From NCBI GenBank assembly GCA_000995965.1, contig LBYD01000003.1:17713-81712 (forward strand): a stretch of 64,000 nt of DNA, given 5' to 3'. Below, piece after piece: positions 29,225 through 37,772 of this stretch; the first letter of the stretch is position 1; each line of letters starts with the position of its first letter. The DNA is from Candidatus Moranbacteria bacterium GW2011_GWC2_40_12. GTDB taxonomy: Bacteria > Patescibacteriota > Minisyncoccia > Moranbacterales > UBA11712. Under the pieces are notes generated by a model, which saw only the letters and a list, made by a program, of their open reading frames with translations, had not been told where the DNA came from and did not search any database. A program made the translations under genes and the position numbers.

Positions 29225-29373
29225 AATTATATAAATTTTAACAAAAGAAGCCCCAAAAAAGAGCTTGCTTGCCTTTTTTAAAATATAGCACTTTTTGGAA
29301 ATTGTGTCAAAAAAATAATCGGATTGACATACCTGAATTTTTGTCTATATTAAGAGCTAAGGAGACGATCATA

Positions 29374-29484
29374 ATGAGAACATCAATACGCCGAATGTTG
29401 TTTATTCTGGAAGAAGCAATTAACCGAGTATTGGCAAGAATTCTGCCGGAAAGTATTATCCGGATACTGTCACGTATCGGTTAA
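29374..29484 (+). CDS. Putative 36-aa amphipathic peptide
   Basis: TTGACA-16-TATATT promoter, AAGGAG SD, strong hairpin at about 29497-29528. Confidence 0.45.
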   Translation: MRTSIRRMLFILEEAINRVLARILPESIIRILSRIG

Positions 29485-29537
29485 CTCTCCGCCACGCTGC
29501 TGTTTCCTTCTCACGGGGAACAGCAGCCAATTTTTTT

Positions 29538-30131
29538 ATGACAAGCAAAGAGTTAAATAATATTTCAAAGTTAATCACTTCTCATAATATCGGCGTCATC
29601 CCCACCGACACAATCTATGGCGTCGCGGCTTCGGCGTGGTCGAAAAAAGCGGTTGCGCGGGCGTATAAAATAATGAAGCGTAATTCGAAAAAGCCTTTTA
29701 TCATTCTCATCAGATCGATCAAGGATTTGGATAAATTTCATGTTACGCTGGATAAAAAAACCAAAAATATCCTCAAGCAAATCTGGCCGGGAAAAGTGAG
29801 CGCGGTTCTTCCCGTAAAATCGGCAAAATTTCACTATCTCCACCGAGGAACAAAAACTTTGTCTTTTCGGATACCGAAAAAACCAAGCCTCGCGAAACTT
29901 CTCAAAAAAACTGGCCCGCTGATTTCTTCGAGCGCCAATCCGGAAGGAAAAAAACCGGCACAAACAATTTCCGAAGCCAGAAAATATTTTGGGGACAGGG
30001 TTGATTTCTATGTCAGCGGTGGTAAAATGAATTTACTCCCGTCAACGCTGATCGGAATAAAAAATGGGAAGATAAGCGTAATAAGGAAGGGAGCCGGGAA
30101 AATCCCGAGTGGTTTAAAAAATAATCAATAA
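29538..30131 (+). CDS. tsaC: Threonylcarbamoyl-AMP synthase (TsaC/Sua5 family)
   Basis: PTDTIYG, R...KP, WPG, FRIP, SSAN, PST motifs. Confidence 0.9.
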   Translation: MTSKELNNISKLITSHNIGVIPTDTIYGVAASAWSKKAVARAYKIMKRNSKKPFIILIRSIKDLDKFHVTLDKKTKNILKQIWPGKVSAVLPVKSAKFHYLHRGTKTLSFRIPKKPSLAKLLKKTGPLISSSANPEGKKPAQTISEARKYFGDRVDFYVSGGKMNLLPSTLIGIKNGKISVIRKGAGKIPSGLKNNQ

Positions 30132-30143
30132 TATACCGATAAA

Positions 30144-30254
30144 ATGAGAAAAATTTCAAACTGCGGAAGGCCGCACGACGATGAGAAAGATGAGTCAAAA
30201 GAAGAAGAAATAGGCAGTTGTTCCTGTTCCGAATGCGGACATTCTTGCGGATAA
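30144..30254 (+). CDS. Putative 36-aa acidic Cys-rich peptide
   Basis: MRKISNCGRPHDDEKDESKEEEIGSCSCSECGHSCG*; follows tsaC and precedes a terminator-like hairpin. Confidence 0.5.
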   Translation: MRKISNCGRPHDDEKDESKEEEIGSCSCSECGHSCG

Positions 30255-30348
30255 TGGTAAAACGAATATTTTTTCTTTCCAAATAAACGCTCTTTAAGGA
30301 GCGTTTATTTTATGTTAGTATAATTTCAGAGAAAGGAGGTGAAAAAAA

Positions 30349-30567
30349 ATGATGAAAAAAGGGCCTTTGGGTATGGTTGCCTTTATTCTGCTGATCATCG
30401 GGGGACTGAATTGGGGATTGGTCGGATTTTTCAACTTCGACCTGGTAGCCGCTATTTTTGGCGATATGACGACTCTTTCCCGGATTGTTTATGATCTTGT
30501 CGGACTCGCCGCCCTCTTTATGGTTGTGAAGAAATTCATGATGATGGGAGAAGAAAAGGCTGATTAA
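30349..30567 (+). CDS. DUF378 family membrane protein
   Basis: LLIIGGLNWGLVGFFNFDLVAAIFG...SRIVY.LVGLAA. Confidence 0.93.
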   Translation: MMKKGPLGMVAFILLIIGGLNWGLVGFFNFDLVAAIFGDMTTLSRIVYDLVGLAALFMVVKKFMMMGEEKAD

Positions 30568-30630
30568 TCACAAAAATTTCACATCACTTCCCCAAGCCTT
30601 ATCGACAACTAAGGCATTGGTTTTGTTTTT

Positions 30631-31101
30631 ATGAGAAAACCAAAGAAAAAAGTTACCACCCTCTGTATGGTCCACCAGCACCCGCGAATTCTTCTCGGGA
30701 TGAAAAAACGCGGCTTTGGTGCCGGGCGCTGGAACGGGTTCGGCGGAAAAGTGAATCACGGAGAGACGCTCGAAGAAAATGTTGTTCGGGAACTCAAGGA
30801 AGAGTGCGGAATCATTGCCAAAAATATCCAAAAAAAGGCTGTTCTAAATTTTTTCTTTGAGCATGATCCTGATGAGTATATCGAGGTTAATGTATTTGGT
30901 ATATACGATTTTGAAGGCGAACCGGCCGAATCCGAAGAGATGAGGCCGCAGTGGTTCCATGTTGATGAAATTCCCTACGACCTGATGTGGCCGGACGACA
31001 TCCACTGGCATAATTTGTTTTTCGCCGGAAAGAAATTCGAGGGAAATTTCTTTTTCAAAGACTACGATACTATCATCCGCCATGAAATAACCGTATTATA
31101 A
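30631..31101 (+). CDS. NUDIX hydrolase, 8-oxo-dGTPase (MTH1-like)
   Basis: KKRGFGAGRWNGFGGKV, RELKEECG, ESEEMRPQWF, MWPDD. Confidence 0.92.
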   Translation: MRKPKKKVTTLCMVHQHPRILLGMKKRGFGAGRWNGFGGKVNHGETLEENVVRELKEECGIIAKNIQKKAVLNFFFEHDPDEYIEVNVFGIYDFEGEPAESEEMRPQWFHVDEIPYDLMWPDDIHWHNLFFAGKKFEGNFFFKDYDTIIRHEITVL

Positions 31102-31145
31102 AATCCTACAGAATACTGTGATACTGTAGGATTTTTATTAGGAGT

Positions 31146-31868
31146 ATGGGTATGTTTTCTATTTTCAAAAAATATCCCGGTTTATTCGTCGCTTTTTCGA
31201 AAAAAAATGACGGGTCAATGAAATTGACAGGCAGTCCCCTTCTATCGGATAAGATATTTCTAAACCGCGGGAAATATCTCAAAAATATTAGCATCAACCC
31301 AGAAACGGTTGTTTCGGCTGAAATCGTTCATGGAAATAAAATCAGTGTTGTTTCCAATACCGATGGCAGGAAAATGATCGCTGGCGCCGACGGGTTGATT
31401 GCCCAATCGAAAAATATATATTTATCCGTGACTTCGGCTGATTGTTTGCCGATTTTTTTGTTTGATCCGGAGAAAAAAGTTGTCGGGATGGTTCATGCCG
31501 GCTGGCGAAGCCTGGAAAAAGATATTTTATCTAATGCTGTCGGCAAAATAAAAGAGCTTGGCGGAAAGCCGGAAAATATTCTCGTAGGCATCGGTCCGGC
31601 CATTTGCCAAAAGCACTATGAAGTCGGCCCGGAAGTGGCCGAAAAATTCGCAAAATATGCGGAAGATATAAAGAGGGTTAAAGATAAAATATATCTGAAC
31701 ATCAAAAATATCGCCAGACTTCAGCTTTTGAAATTAGGCTTAAGCAAAGATAATATCGAAATCAGCCCCGAATGCACTTTCGAACTCCCTGAAAAATACT
31801 TCTCGGCTCGGCGAGACAAACCCGAAAAAATCAAAGCAATGATCGCATTGATTGGAATGAGAACATAA
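31146..31868 (+). CDS. pgeF: PgeF/YfiH family protein
   Basis: ADCLPI, HAGWR, IGPAI, CT...YFSARR. Confidence 0.9.
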   Translation: MGMFSIFKKYPGLFVAFSKKNDGSMKLTGSPLLSDKIFLNRGKYLKNISINPETVVSAEIVHGNKISVVSNTDGRKMIAGADGLIAQSKNIYLSVTSADCLPIFLFDPEKKVVGMVHAGWRSLEKDILSNAVGKIKELGGKPENILVGIGPAICQKHYEVGPEVAEKFAKYAEDIKRVKDKIYLNIKNIARLQLLKLGLSKDNIEISPECTFELPEKYFSARRDKPEKIKAMIALIGMRT

Positions 31869-31909
31869 AAAAAGCTCACTCCAGCATACGAGTATACCGA
31901 AAGCCAATA

Positions 31910-31977
31910 TTTTGTATCCTTAACAGGAATCGCCCGGTCATCCGACCGGGCGTCCCATCGGATGACGGGACGAACCT
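31910..31977 (-). pseudogene. tRNA 3' fragment with 40-bp double-hairpin insertion in the T loop
   Basis: AGGTTCG[40 nt]ATTCCTGTTAAGGATAC on the minus strand. Confidence 0.65.
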
Positions 31978-31991
31978 AATAATAAAAATTG

Positions 31992-32173
31992 CATCCTCGG
32001 CAGGATTCGAACCTGTATTTTAATTTCCCTGCCCGAATTTGCTTGTGCCCTCGATAGGAATCGAACCTATATCACGAGATCCGGAATCTCGCGTCCTATC
32101 CATTGAACGACGAGGGCAAATTCACAAGCAGGCTGGCGGAAACCAACGCTCTATCCAACTGAGCTACAAGGAC
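31992..32173 (-). pseudogene. Split tRNA-Arg(CCG)-like gene enclosing an intact tRNA
   Basis: 5' half GTCCTTGTAGCTCAGTTGGATAGAGCGTTGGTTTCCG; 3' half ...ACAGGTTCGAATCCTGCCGAGGATG; acceptor strands pair. Confidence 0.75.
32046..32117 (-). tRNA. tRNA-Arg(CCG)
   Basis: GCCCTCG...CGAGGGC-A; anticodon arm CGAGA-TTCCGGA-TCTCG; GGTTCGATTCC. Confidence 0.95.
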
Positions 32174-32291
32174 ATATCCACAGCCTGCCCCGAAGCTAAA
32201 TGTGAAGCATTTATACTTCGGGGGACGACGAGGACTCAATTAAAAAAATTATTCGTATATTCGTATTTGATTCGTAATTCGTAAAAATTAT

Positions 32292-33575
32292 CTATTTTTC
32301 CTTCCAGTCGCGGCTCCGCAGCTTCTTGTGATAGCTTATGGCAAAGCGATGCGCTTCATTGCGGATTCTTTCGATAAGCTTTTCATCGCCTAAGATAAAA
32401 TTGTATTTCTTCCTTATTTCCTCATTTCTCCCGAGATATGTCAAGAGGAATTTTGATTGGTATATATCCAGCTTTTTTCGGGTCTGGCCTTTGGCTACGG
32501 CAATGACCGGAAAATCATGCCCCAAATCGCCTAAAACGCTTTGCGCCATATTGAGATGCCCTTTTCCTCCATCAAGAAGAATTAGATCCGGTTTCGGCCA
32601 ATTATTCCGAAAACGCCGGACTAAAACCTCTTTCATCATACCAACGTCGTCAATTCCAAAAACGGTTTTTATCTTGAACTTTCTATATTCTTTTTTGTCC
32701 GCTTTTCCGTTTGTGAAAACAACCATCGACCCGACTGCAAAATCACCGGCAATATTAGAGATATCATAAGCTTCGATTCGGACTTTTTCCTTAAGTTTAA
32801 CTTTAGGAACATTTCCTAAAGTTAAACTTAAGGAAGTCATATCTCCGGATATAAGCGCCACATCCCGGATATGCTCCAGCGCGAAAATTCTATTGCGAGC
32901 CTCGGCCGCTTTTTCGAATTCATGATTTCTGGCACAGGCTTTCATTTGTTTTTTGAGCTCAACCAGAAGATTTTTCTTTTTCCCTCGAAGAATCATCTCG
33001 ATGCCGTGAATATTTTTGAGATAATCCGGCCGAGTTATTGCCCCCGCGTGCGGTCCCGGACACTTCCCTATTTGGAAATCAAGGCAGCCTTTTTCGGTTT
33101 GCTGCTTCAACGAGTGAAACGGAAAAATTCGACGGATGAGTTTCAGGGCGATATTCATTTGATGTTTTGAAAGATACGGCCCGTATATTTTTTTCGCCGG
33201 CACTTTCCCGAGCTCTGTTTTCCAAAGAATAATAATTCTCGGGAATTTTTCTTTCGTCACAACAAAATAGCCGAAACTCTTGTCGTCTTTGGACATCACG
33301 TTATATTTCGGCTGGTGTTTTTTGATGAGATTGGACTCCAAAATCAAGGCTTCGAGCACGGAGTCGGTAACGCGCACTTTGATATCAGAAACTTGTGAAA
33401 TCATCGGCTCAATATTCGGCCGGTCAAGATGCGCGTTTTTGAGAAAATAACTCCCTACTCGATCCTTGAGACTCGTCGCTTTCCCAATATAAAGAATCTT
33501 CCCTTGCTTATCACAAAATTCATAAACGCCGGGGGATTTGGGGAGAGATTTAAACTTATTGTATTTTCTTGACAT
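32292..33575 (-). CDS. uvrC: Excinuclease ABC subunit C (short form, no C-terminal HhH)
   Basis: PGVY...YIGKA, UVR domain FEKAAEARN, RIEAYDISN, PDLILLDGGKG, RNEAHRFAI. Confidence 0.92.
   Translation of the reverse strand: MSRKYNKFKSLPKSPGVYEFCDKQGKILYIGKATSLKDRVGSYFLKNAHLDRPNIEPMISQVSDIKVRVTDSVLEALILESNLIKKHQPKYNVMSKDDKSFGYFVVTKEKFPRIIILWKTELGKVPAKKIYGPYLSKHQMNIALKLIRRIFPFHSLKQQTEKGCLDFQIGKCPGPHAGAITRPDYLKNIHGIEMILRGKKKNLLVELKKQMKACARNHEFEKAAEARNRIFALEHIRDVALISGDMTSLSLTLGNVPKVKLKEKVRIEAYDISNIAGDFAVGSMVVFTNGKADKKEYRKFKIKTVFGIDDVGMMKEVLVRRFRNNWPKPDLILLDGGKGHLNMAQSVLGDLGHDFPVIAVAKGQTRKKLDIYQSKFLLTYLGRNEEIRKKYNFILGDEKLIERIRNEAHRFAISYHKKLRSRDWKEK
32787..32835. repeat. Perfect 23-bp inverted repeat inside uvrC
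   Basis: TTCCTTAAGTTTAACTTTAGGAA-CAT-TTCCTAAAGTTAAACTTAAGGAA. Confidence 0.9.
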
Positions 33576-33634
33576 TATTGCAATCATTTGATTGGATATA
33601 TTTAGTTCACTATCACACGAGAGGAGAGTCGGCT

Positions 33635-33973
33635 ATGAAGAGAAAGGCCTTGTACTTTTTCATTGTCGCTATGCTATTTCCTTTAGCGACCGGCGGCAAT
33701 GCGTCGGCCAAGGAATCTTTCCGGGAAATCAAGGGTTTCTGGATTGAAAAAGTTGATTTCACACAGCCGGGAATGCGAGTCGACAACAACCGCGGTTTCA
33801 CGGTTCTCCTTCTGAGAGGGATCGAGCCAATCGCCAATCAAGGCAAACGTGTAGTCAAAGCCTTTCGGGGTGTCTATGAGGAAGAGATCCCGCTGGGCAA
33901 GGAGGTAATCATAAAATTTCGTCCGACTGAGGGTATATCCGAAATAGTGGAGAAATCCCCATCCGGAAAATGA
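33635..33973 (+). CDS. Hypothetical exported protein
   Basis: GAGGAG SD, signal peptide ending ASA, downstream hairpin. Confidence 0.7.
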   Translation: MKRKALYFFIVAMLFPLATGGNASAKESFREIKGFWIEKVDFTQPGMRVDNNRGFTVLLLRGIEPIANQGKRVVKAFRGVYEEEIPLGKEVIIKFRPTEGISEIVEKSPSGK

Positions 33974-34054
33974 ACATCAATTCTTCGCTTCATTGAGACC
34001 GGGTCCATTTGTGACTCGGTCCTATTTATTTTTCGAAATACAAAATACCAATTA

Positions 34055-36982
34055 CTATTTCAACACTTCCCTCAAAAACTTCCCCGTATAACTTTCCTTG
34101 TGATACTTCACCACTTCTTCCGGCGGGCCGGTGACCACCACGCGTCCGCCGTTGTCCCCGCCTTCCGGTCCGAGGTCAATGATCCAATCGGCCGTTTTGA
34201 TAACATCCATATTATGCTCTATCACAATGACAGTATTTCCCGCCTCCACCAAACGGTGCAAAACGTGCAAGAGTTTTTTTACGTCGTCGAAATGGAGTCC
34301 GGTTGTCGGCTCGTCCAAAATGTATAATGTATTTCCCGTCATCCGCCGCGAAAGTTCCGAAGCCAGCTTGATCCTCTGTGCTTCCCCGCCGGAAAGCGTC
34401 GTCGCCGCTTGCCCCAAATTGATATATCCGAGCCCCACTTCTTCAAGGACTTTCAGCGGATCATATATTCGCGGAAAGTTTTCAAAAAAATTCCTTCCTT
34501 CCGAAACCGTCATCGCGAGCACATCGGCGATATTTTTCCCTTTATATTTCACTTCCAGCGTCTCGCGGTTGTATCTTTTTCCCCGGCAAACATCGCAAGG
34601 AAGGAATACATCCGGCATAAACTGCATCTCAACTTTCAAAAATCCTTCTCCCCGGCAATTGTCGCATCGTCCGCCGTTCACGTTGAAGGAAAATCTCCCC
34701 GGGCCATAGCCGTGACGTTTGGCGTCTTTTGTCATCGCGAAAAGCTCCCGGATCAGCGTGAAAAAACCCACATATGTTGCCGGATTTGACCGCGGCGTGC
34801 GTCCGATCGGCGACTGGTCAATGTGAATCACTTTGTCAACGTATTGCGTTCCAAGAATTTCTTTGTGTCTGCCCGGCCTTTCAAGGCTTCTCATAATTTT
34901 TGCCGACAAACCTTTCCCCAAAATGTCTTCCACGAGTGTTGATTTTCCGGATCCGGAAACACCCGTCACGCAAGTCAATGTTTTCAGGGGAAATTCGACG
35001 CTAATATTCTTCAGATTATGTTCTGTCGCCCCTTTCACCGTCAGCCATTTTTTGTTTTTCACCGGCCGGCGGAATTTTGGTATTTCTATCTCGAGCTCCC
35101 CCCGCAAATATTTTCCTGTTATAGATTTTTTTTCTTTTTCAATATCTTTGACGGACCCTTCAGCCACAATTTCCCCGCCAAGTCTCCCCGCCCCCGGTCC
35201 AATATCCACCAAATGATCCGCGCTCCGAATCGTCTCTTCGTCGTGTTCAATCACGATGACCGTGTTGCCGATATCTCTCAATTTGAGCAGTGTTTCAAGT
35301 AATTTCGCATTATCCCGAGCATGAAGACCGACCGACGGTTCGTCAAGAATGTATAATACGCCGACCAGTTGAGAACCAATTTGCGACGCGAGGCGTATTC
35401 TTTGCGTCTCCCCTCCTGCCAGAGTGTTGGCCGAACGAGCTAGCGTCAAATATCCGAGTCCCACATCATCCAAAAATTTCAGGCGGTTTTTCACTTCTTT
35501 CAAAATTTTGTCCGCGATTATTTTTTCCCGCTCACTTAACTTTATACCCTCAAAAAATTTCAGCGTATCAGCAACGCTCACGCTGGAAATTTCTGAAATA
35601 TTTTTTCCTCCCACGGTGATGAGTAATGCCTCCGGTTTGTATCGCGATCCTTTGCAGGCCGGACATTTGCTCCGCGACATATATTTTTCAATGTCCTGCC
35701 GCACGCTTTCGGATTCGGTTTTGAAATAGCGATCCCGCATAAATCCCAAAATACCGTTCCACTCCACATTGAATTTCCAAATCGCTCCAGTCTTTGTTTT
35801 GAGACGAACTTCAATGTCATCCGGTTCTTCATCCCCAAAAAGCAAAATATTTTGTTGTTTTTCGCCGAGATCGCGAAAGCGGACATTGTCGGGAATGCGA
35901 TAATAGTTTGTGACAGCACGCAAAATCGAACCTTGATAGTTGTTCGGCTTGTAGCTCCAGGGCATGATTGCACCCTCAGTAATGGTCCGCGTTTTGTCGG
36001 GAATCACAAGATTCGGGTCGATCTCTTTTTTTGTGCCGAGTCCTTCGCATTCCAAACACGCTCCCTGCGGGCTATTGAATGAAAACAACCGCGGCTCGAT
36101 TTCCGGGAAAACGGCCTCTTCATGCTCCGGACAAGCCATATTCTGGTTGAAGATAATTTCTTCTGGATTCAACTTTGAGGAATTTGGCAAGGTTTGGCCT
36201 TGGGGAATTCCGAGAGCTCTGCTCGAGGAAGGAAAAGGCCGAACCTTAGCCAAGATTGATTTTGTTTTCATCTTAACTAACCCTTGCGAAAGTTTAAGCG
36301 CACTCTCCACACTTTCAAATATTCTCGACAAATTTTTGTCATTCACCTCAACCTCATCGATCTTCACGTCAATGCTGTGTTTTTTGTACCGCGCAAGGAT
36401 CAAGCCAAGCTTTGCTTTTTCCGTGAGATCGATCCTTTGGCTGTCGACAATAGCCTCCGAAAAACCGCGCTTGAACATTTCCCCCAAAAGCGTCGAATAT
36501 TCCCCTTTTCTTTCCCGCACCACCGGCGCAAGAATTTCAATTTTCGATCCTGTTCCGGCTTCCAGAATCCGATCCACAATCTCATCAATCGAAAGTTTTG
36601 AAATCACTTTTTTGCAAACGGGACAATGCGGAATGCCAATTTTGGCATAAAGCAGCCGCAAATAGTCGTGAATTTCCGTCACCGTCCCCACGGTCGAGCG
36701 CGGATTGTGGGATGATGCTTTTTGGTCAATTGAAATTGCCGGACTCAAGCCCTCGATGGAATCAACATCCGGTTTTTCCATCTGTCCCAAAAACTGCCGG
36801 GCATAGCTCGACAAACTCTCGAGATATCGCCTCTGCCCTTCGGCAAAAATAGTATCAAAAGCCAGCGTTGACTTCCCCGACCCGCTGATTCCAGTAAACA
36901 CAATAAACTTCCCCCGTGGCAGTTCAAGATTTATGTTCTTCAAATTATGCTCGCGCGCTCCGCGAATTATGATTTTATCCAT
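34055..36982 (-). CDS. uvrA: Excinuclease ABC subunit A
   Basis: GAREHNLKN, two ABC modules (GISGSGKS, GVSGSGKS), zinc fingers, LSGGEAQR. Confidence 0.98.
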   Translation of the reverse strand: MDKIIIRGAREHNLKNINLELPRGKFIVFTGISGSGKSTLAFDTIFAEGQRRYLESLSSYARQFLGQMEKPDVDSIEGLSPAISIDQKASSHNPRSTVGTVTEIHDYLRLLYAKIGIPHCPVCKKVISKLSIDEIVDRILEAGTGSKIEILAPVVRERKGEYSTLLGEMFKRGFSEAIVDSQRIDLTEKAKLGLILARYKKHSIDVKIDEVEVNDKNLSRIFESVESALKLSQGLVKMKTKSILAKVRPFPSSSRALGIPQGQTLPNSSKLNPEEIIFNQNMACPEHEEAVFPEIEPRLFSFNSPQGACLECEGLGTKKEIDPNLVIPDKTRTITEGAIMPWSYKPNNYQGSILRAVTNYYRIPDNVRFRDLGEKQQNILLFGDEEPDDIEVRLKTKTGAIWKFNVEWNGILGFMRDRYFKTESESVRQDIEKYMSRSKCPACKGSRYKPEALLITVGGKNISEISSVSVADTLKFFEGIKLSEREKIIADKILKEVKNRLKFLDDVGLGYLTLARSANTLAGGETQRIRLASQIGSQLVGVLYILDEPSVGLHARDNAKLLETLLKLRDIGNTVIVIEHDEETIRSADHLVDIGPGAGRLGGEIVAEGSVKDIEKEKKSITGKYLRGELEIEIPKFRRPVKNKKWLTVKGATEHNLKNISVEFPLKTLTCVTGVSGSGKSTLVEDILGKGLSAKIMRSLERPGRHKEILGTQYVDKVIHIDQSPIGRTPRSNPATYVGFFTLIRELFAMTKDAKRHGYGPGRFSFNVNGGRCDNCRGEGFLKVEMQFMPDVFLPCDVCRGKRYNRETLEVKYKGKNIADVLAMTVSEGRNFFENFPRIYDPLKVLEEVGLGYINLGQAATTLSGGEAQRIKLASELSRRMTGNTLYILDEPTTGLHFDDVKKLLHVLHRLVEAGNTVIVIEHNMDVIKTADWIIDLGPEGGDNGGRVVVTGPPEEVVKYHKESYTGKFLREVLK
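36184..36253. repeat. AAGGTTTGGCCTT...AAGGCCGAACCTT element inserted in frame in uvrA
   Basis: Resembles the intergenic element at 20770-20825, including the GGAATT and GGAAA flanks. Confidence 0.75.
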
Positions 36983-37003
36983 AACAATAACTCGCAAATA
37001 TAG

Positions 37004-37080
37004 AACGAATTTTTAACGAATGAGAGCGAACTTGCTAACACGTTTAGGTATTCGCTCCAATTCGCTTTTTTATTCGTTCC
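37004..37080. repeat. Inverted CGAA/TTCG array (type D-like)
   Basis: AACGAAT..AACGAAT..AGCGAA...ATTCGCT..ATTCGCT..ATTCGTT. Confidence 0.65.
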
Positions 37081-37262
37081 CCATTGGTGAGATTCTTGAA
37101 ATACAAAAACTTACCCCAAATTGGCATCTATACACCAGCCTATTTTGGTGCGGGGGTTTCACTAATATAATACTATTGAGTTAATAAATCAATTTCAAAA
37201 AAGGGTGCACAATCATCTTGTGTGCACCCGCCTTCAGGTAAATATGCATCAACGTATTCGGT

Positions 37263-37697
37263 TTAAACCACAACCGGCAGCATCCGGTTGAATGCGTCAC
37301 TGCACATGCCGTCCCATTCCTCCTTTTCTCGATGCCCGATTTTACTCCAAGGCGGAAAATTAAGAGTGTCAAACGACGTCCACACTCTTCTCTCCCAGGG
37401 GGTTGCCGGAATAAACTCCGGCGTTGGCATTCCGAACGATGCATACATGGCCTGACCCGGTCCGCCATTTCTATTCATACCCGCGAGGATATAAATCCGT
37501 TTGGATATATAGATCAGATCACCCACAACTACATCGCCATTTTTCCACGCTTTAAGTAGTCGGTTATACCCGGAGCCACTTGTAATGGGCTCTACGTATC
37601 CGCTCCTTAAAGCCACATCCCTGAGCCATGTGAAAAATTTTACCTTTAAATATGCAATTCTTTCCCTAACCGATATTCTCCTTTTCCTCGCCCCCAT
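37263..37697 (-). CDS. Hypothetical protein between uvrB and uvrA
   Basis: AGGAGG SD; hairpin GGGTGCACA...TGTGCACCC downstream. Confidence 0.65.
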   Translation of the reverse strand: MGARKRRISVRERIAYLKVKFFTWLRDVALRSGYVEPITSGSGYNRLLKAWKNGDVVVGDLIYISKRIYILAGMNRNGGPGQAMYASFGMPTPEFIPATPWERRVWTSFDTLNFPPWSKIGHREKEEWDGMCSDAFNRMLPVVV

Positions 37698-37772
37698 ATT
37701 GGGCCTCCTTAATGGGATTGTTTTGCAAATTCATTAATTAAAAAATAACAGAGTTTGATAAAAATTACAATC

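Noticed and set aside
36184-36253. Inteins or self-splicing introns in uvrA, uvrB, uvrC or rsmH
   Set aside because: Inserts are only tens of bases long and lack intein (C/S...HN) or group I/II motifs.
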